Shown: one piece after another, positions 62,348 through 64,000 of the stretch | Layout: each line of letters begins with the position of its first letter | Position numbering within the stretch: position 1 is the stretch's first letter | Origin: Lingula anatina | Lineage: Eukaryota > Animalia > Brachiopoda | NCBI GenBank assembly: GCA_051362555.1 | Contig: CM120644.1 | Span: 21,350,534-21,414,533, forward strand | Direction: 5' to 3' | Length of the DNA: 64,000 nucleotides | Notes under the pieces: generated by a model | Told to the model about the DNA's origin: nothing | What the model saw: the letters and a program-made list of their open reading frames with translations, nothing else | Database searches by the model: none | Made by a program: the position numbers and the translations under genes

Positions 62348-63882
62348 GGGGTCATGCCGATACTCCCCCGCACCGTTACTCCCCCGCACCGATACTCCCC
62401 CGCACCGTTACTCCCCCGCACCGATACTCCCCCTTAGTAAATTTTTGCATTATGCACATCGATACGACCCCACACCGATAGATCCCCGCATCGATAAACC
62501 CCCTGTAAAATTGCCGTTATACGCGCACCGTTACTCCCCCGCACCGATACTCCCCCGCGTTGTTGTTTCCCCGCACCGTTACTCCCCCGCACCGATACTC
62601 CCCCGCATCATTACTCCCCCTATGCAATTTTGACGAAACTGAGGATCGAGTAACAGAATCAACCCTCCACTTAATTATACAGGTTAGGGTCAGTCTAGGT
62701 AAGTGGATCAAAATCTACGACCCGTTTAAGTCCAAATTTTGCGGAGAATCTCATGTACCACGCAAGTCCTTTATGCGAAATTTCGGGTTCGCACGTATGT
62801 AAGCACGTACGGAGGATATTGATCATTTCCAATAGATTCTACGAATAATCTGCGAACAGCGAGGCCGCAAGCGTAATTTGCTCCCTTTCTAAGGAGTTTG
62901 CGATTGGTTTGCAAGTGACACTTGCCTGGTCCAAGATGCACGCCGCAAGAAATGAAGGAGAAAGAGCCCTTTGCGTGTTGAGTACGGCGCACGCCCTCAC
63001 ATCTATAACGAACAAAATCGAAAACACGACGGGACTGCGAGTATAAAAAGCGTGCTCACGACGCATGCTCGTGTCTCGACAATTTCGTTGAGCAACAATT
63101 TTCAAAAATTTTGAATTTTGCTCAATTCAGATTCTAATCTAATTCAGATTCAAAAGACAAGGGAAAGAAGCTTAAAGAGCAGAAAAGAGGGTTGGAGGAA
63201 AAAGACAGAAAACGAAGCGCTTTAGCACTTCTTTTTTATTACTTAATAATTTTACGAATTCATCGTTGCCTGAAAAAAAAAGACATAGCTGCGTTATCTT
63301 AGATTAAAACTAACTTTGCCTTAAGTTAATAAAAAAATTTAAAAAAAATAAATAAATAAAAGGCCGTACAATATATATACAGTAACTACTGAGTACAGTA
63401 GGAGAACGGAATTAATTTTGCAAAAACATTTCTCAAAAACACAAGGAAGAGCTGTAGACCTACGTACAGTACTGTCAAGTCTGAGATCGACTTCGTGTAA
63501 CGTTCTTTATTTTTCCCAATATATTTCGAATAAAATTAGTCAATTCTGGGTCCCAAGAGGGTGGTGCATCTTGAAAAAAAAAGCATTATAGAAAGTGTTG
63601 TAAATTACGAATGAAAGCCAAGGGAATCTATGCCTTGGGGGAGTAGTGTTTTTGCAGAGTATCGGTACGCGGGAGTATCAGTGCGGGGGAGTATCGGTGC
63701 GAGGATGTAAAGAAGTGGGGGAGTATCGGTGCGAGGGAGTATCGGTGCGGGGGAGTATCGGTGCGGGGATGTAAAGAAGCGGGGGAGTATCGGTGCGAGG
63801 GAGTATCGGTGCGGGGATGTAAAGAAGTGGGGGAGTATCGGTGCGGGGGAGTATCGGTGCGGGGGAGTATAGGTACGTAACC
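62348..63882. mobile_element. Non-autonomous TIR element with inverted arrays of 18-bp subterminal repeats, GG termini and 8-bp TSD
   Basis: (GCACCGATACTCCCCC)n at 62355-62620 and the inverted form at 63635-63872. GAATAAAT is duplicated at 62340-62347 and 63883-63890. Confidence 0.8.
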
Positions 63883-64000
63883 GAATAAATGACCAAATCA
63901 TGAAATATGTGGATTATATTTGGCGTCATAACGTTAAAGCTTTGGACAGAAATACAAAAAACGCACCGTGTCTTGCGCTTTGGTAGTTCACCTTGCAAGC

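Noticed and set aside
62197-63998. RYSPAPILP repeat ORFs
   Set aside because: Artefact of 18-bp transposon subterminal repeats; they appear on both strands in mirror image.

Overview
AT-rich, intron-containing animal (invertebrate-like) genomic DNA dominated by nested transposons; there is no prokaryotic operon or CRISPR content. 1-11.2 kb: a frameshifted P-element/THAP9-type transposase that ends just after its catalytic core faces a convergent, spliced, intact 390-aa gene. That gene resembles the missing P-transposase C-terminal domain and is the best candidate for a two-component 'split transposase' system. Next come a CAGGG element with a 5-bp TSD and a complete, young but inactivated Mag-type Ty3/Gypsy element. 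11-29 kb: a transposon graveyard (Academ, CACTA, RTE-X-like LINE, Sola-like element with a nested TA-TSD element, Mutator/Kolobok-like and Helitron fragments, MITEs). 29.9 kb: tRNA-Gly(GCC). 34-43 kb (minus): a decayed 3' fragment of a megalin/LRP-type receptor with a compound satellite in one intron. 43.9-47.9 kb (plus): a 12-exon CBM20 glycogen/starch-binding gene, absent from the ORF track, with a tandem array of symmetric microexons and a basic amphipathic tail. 49.1-56.7 kb: a 5-exon sigma-class glutathione S-transferase with a duplicated ARE+TATA promoter module. All calls come from manual reading and recalled family motifs; no database searches were run.
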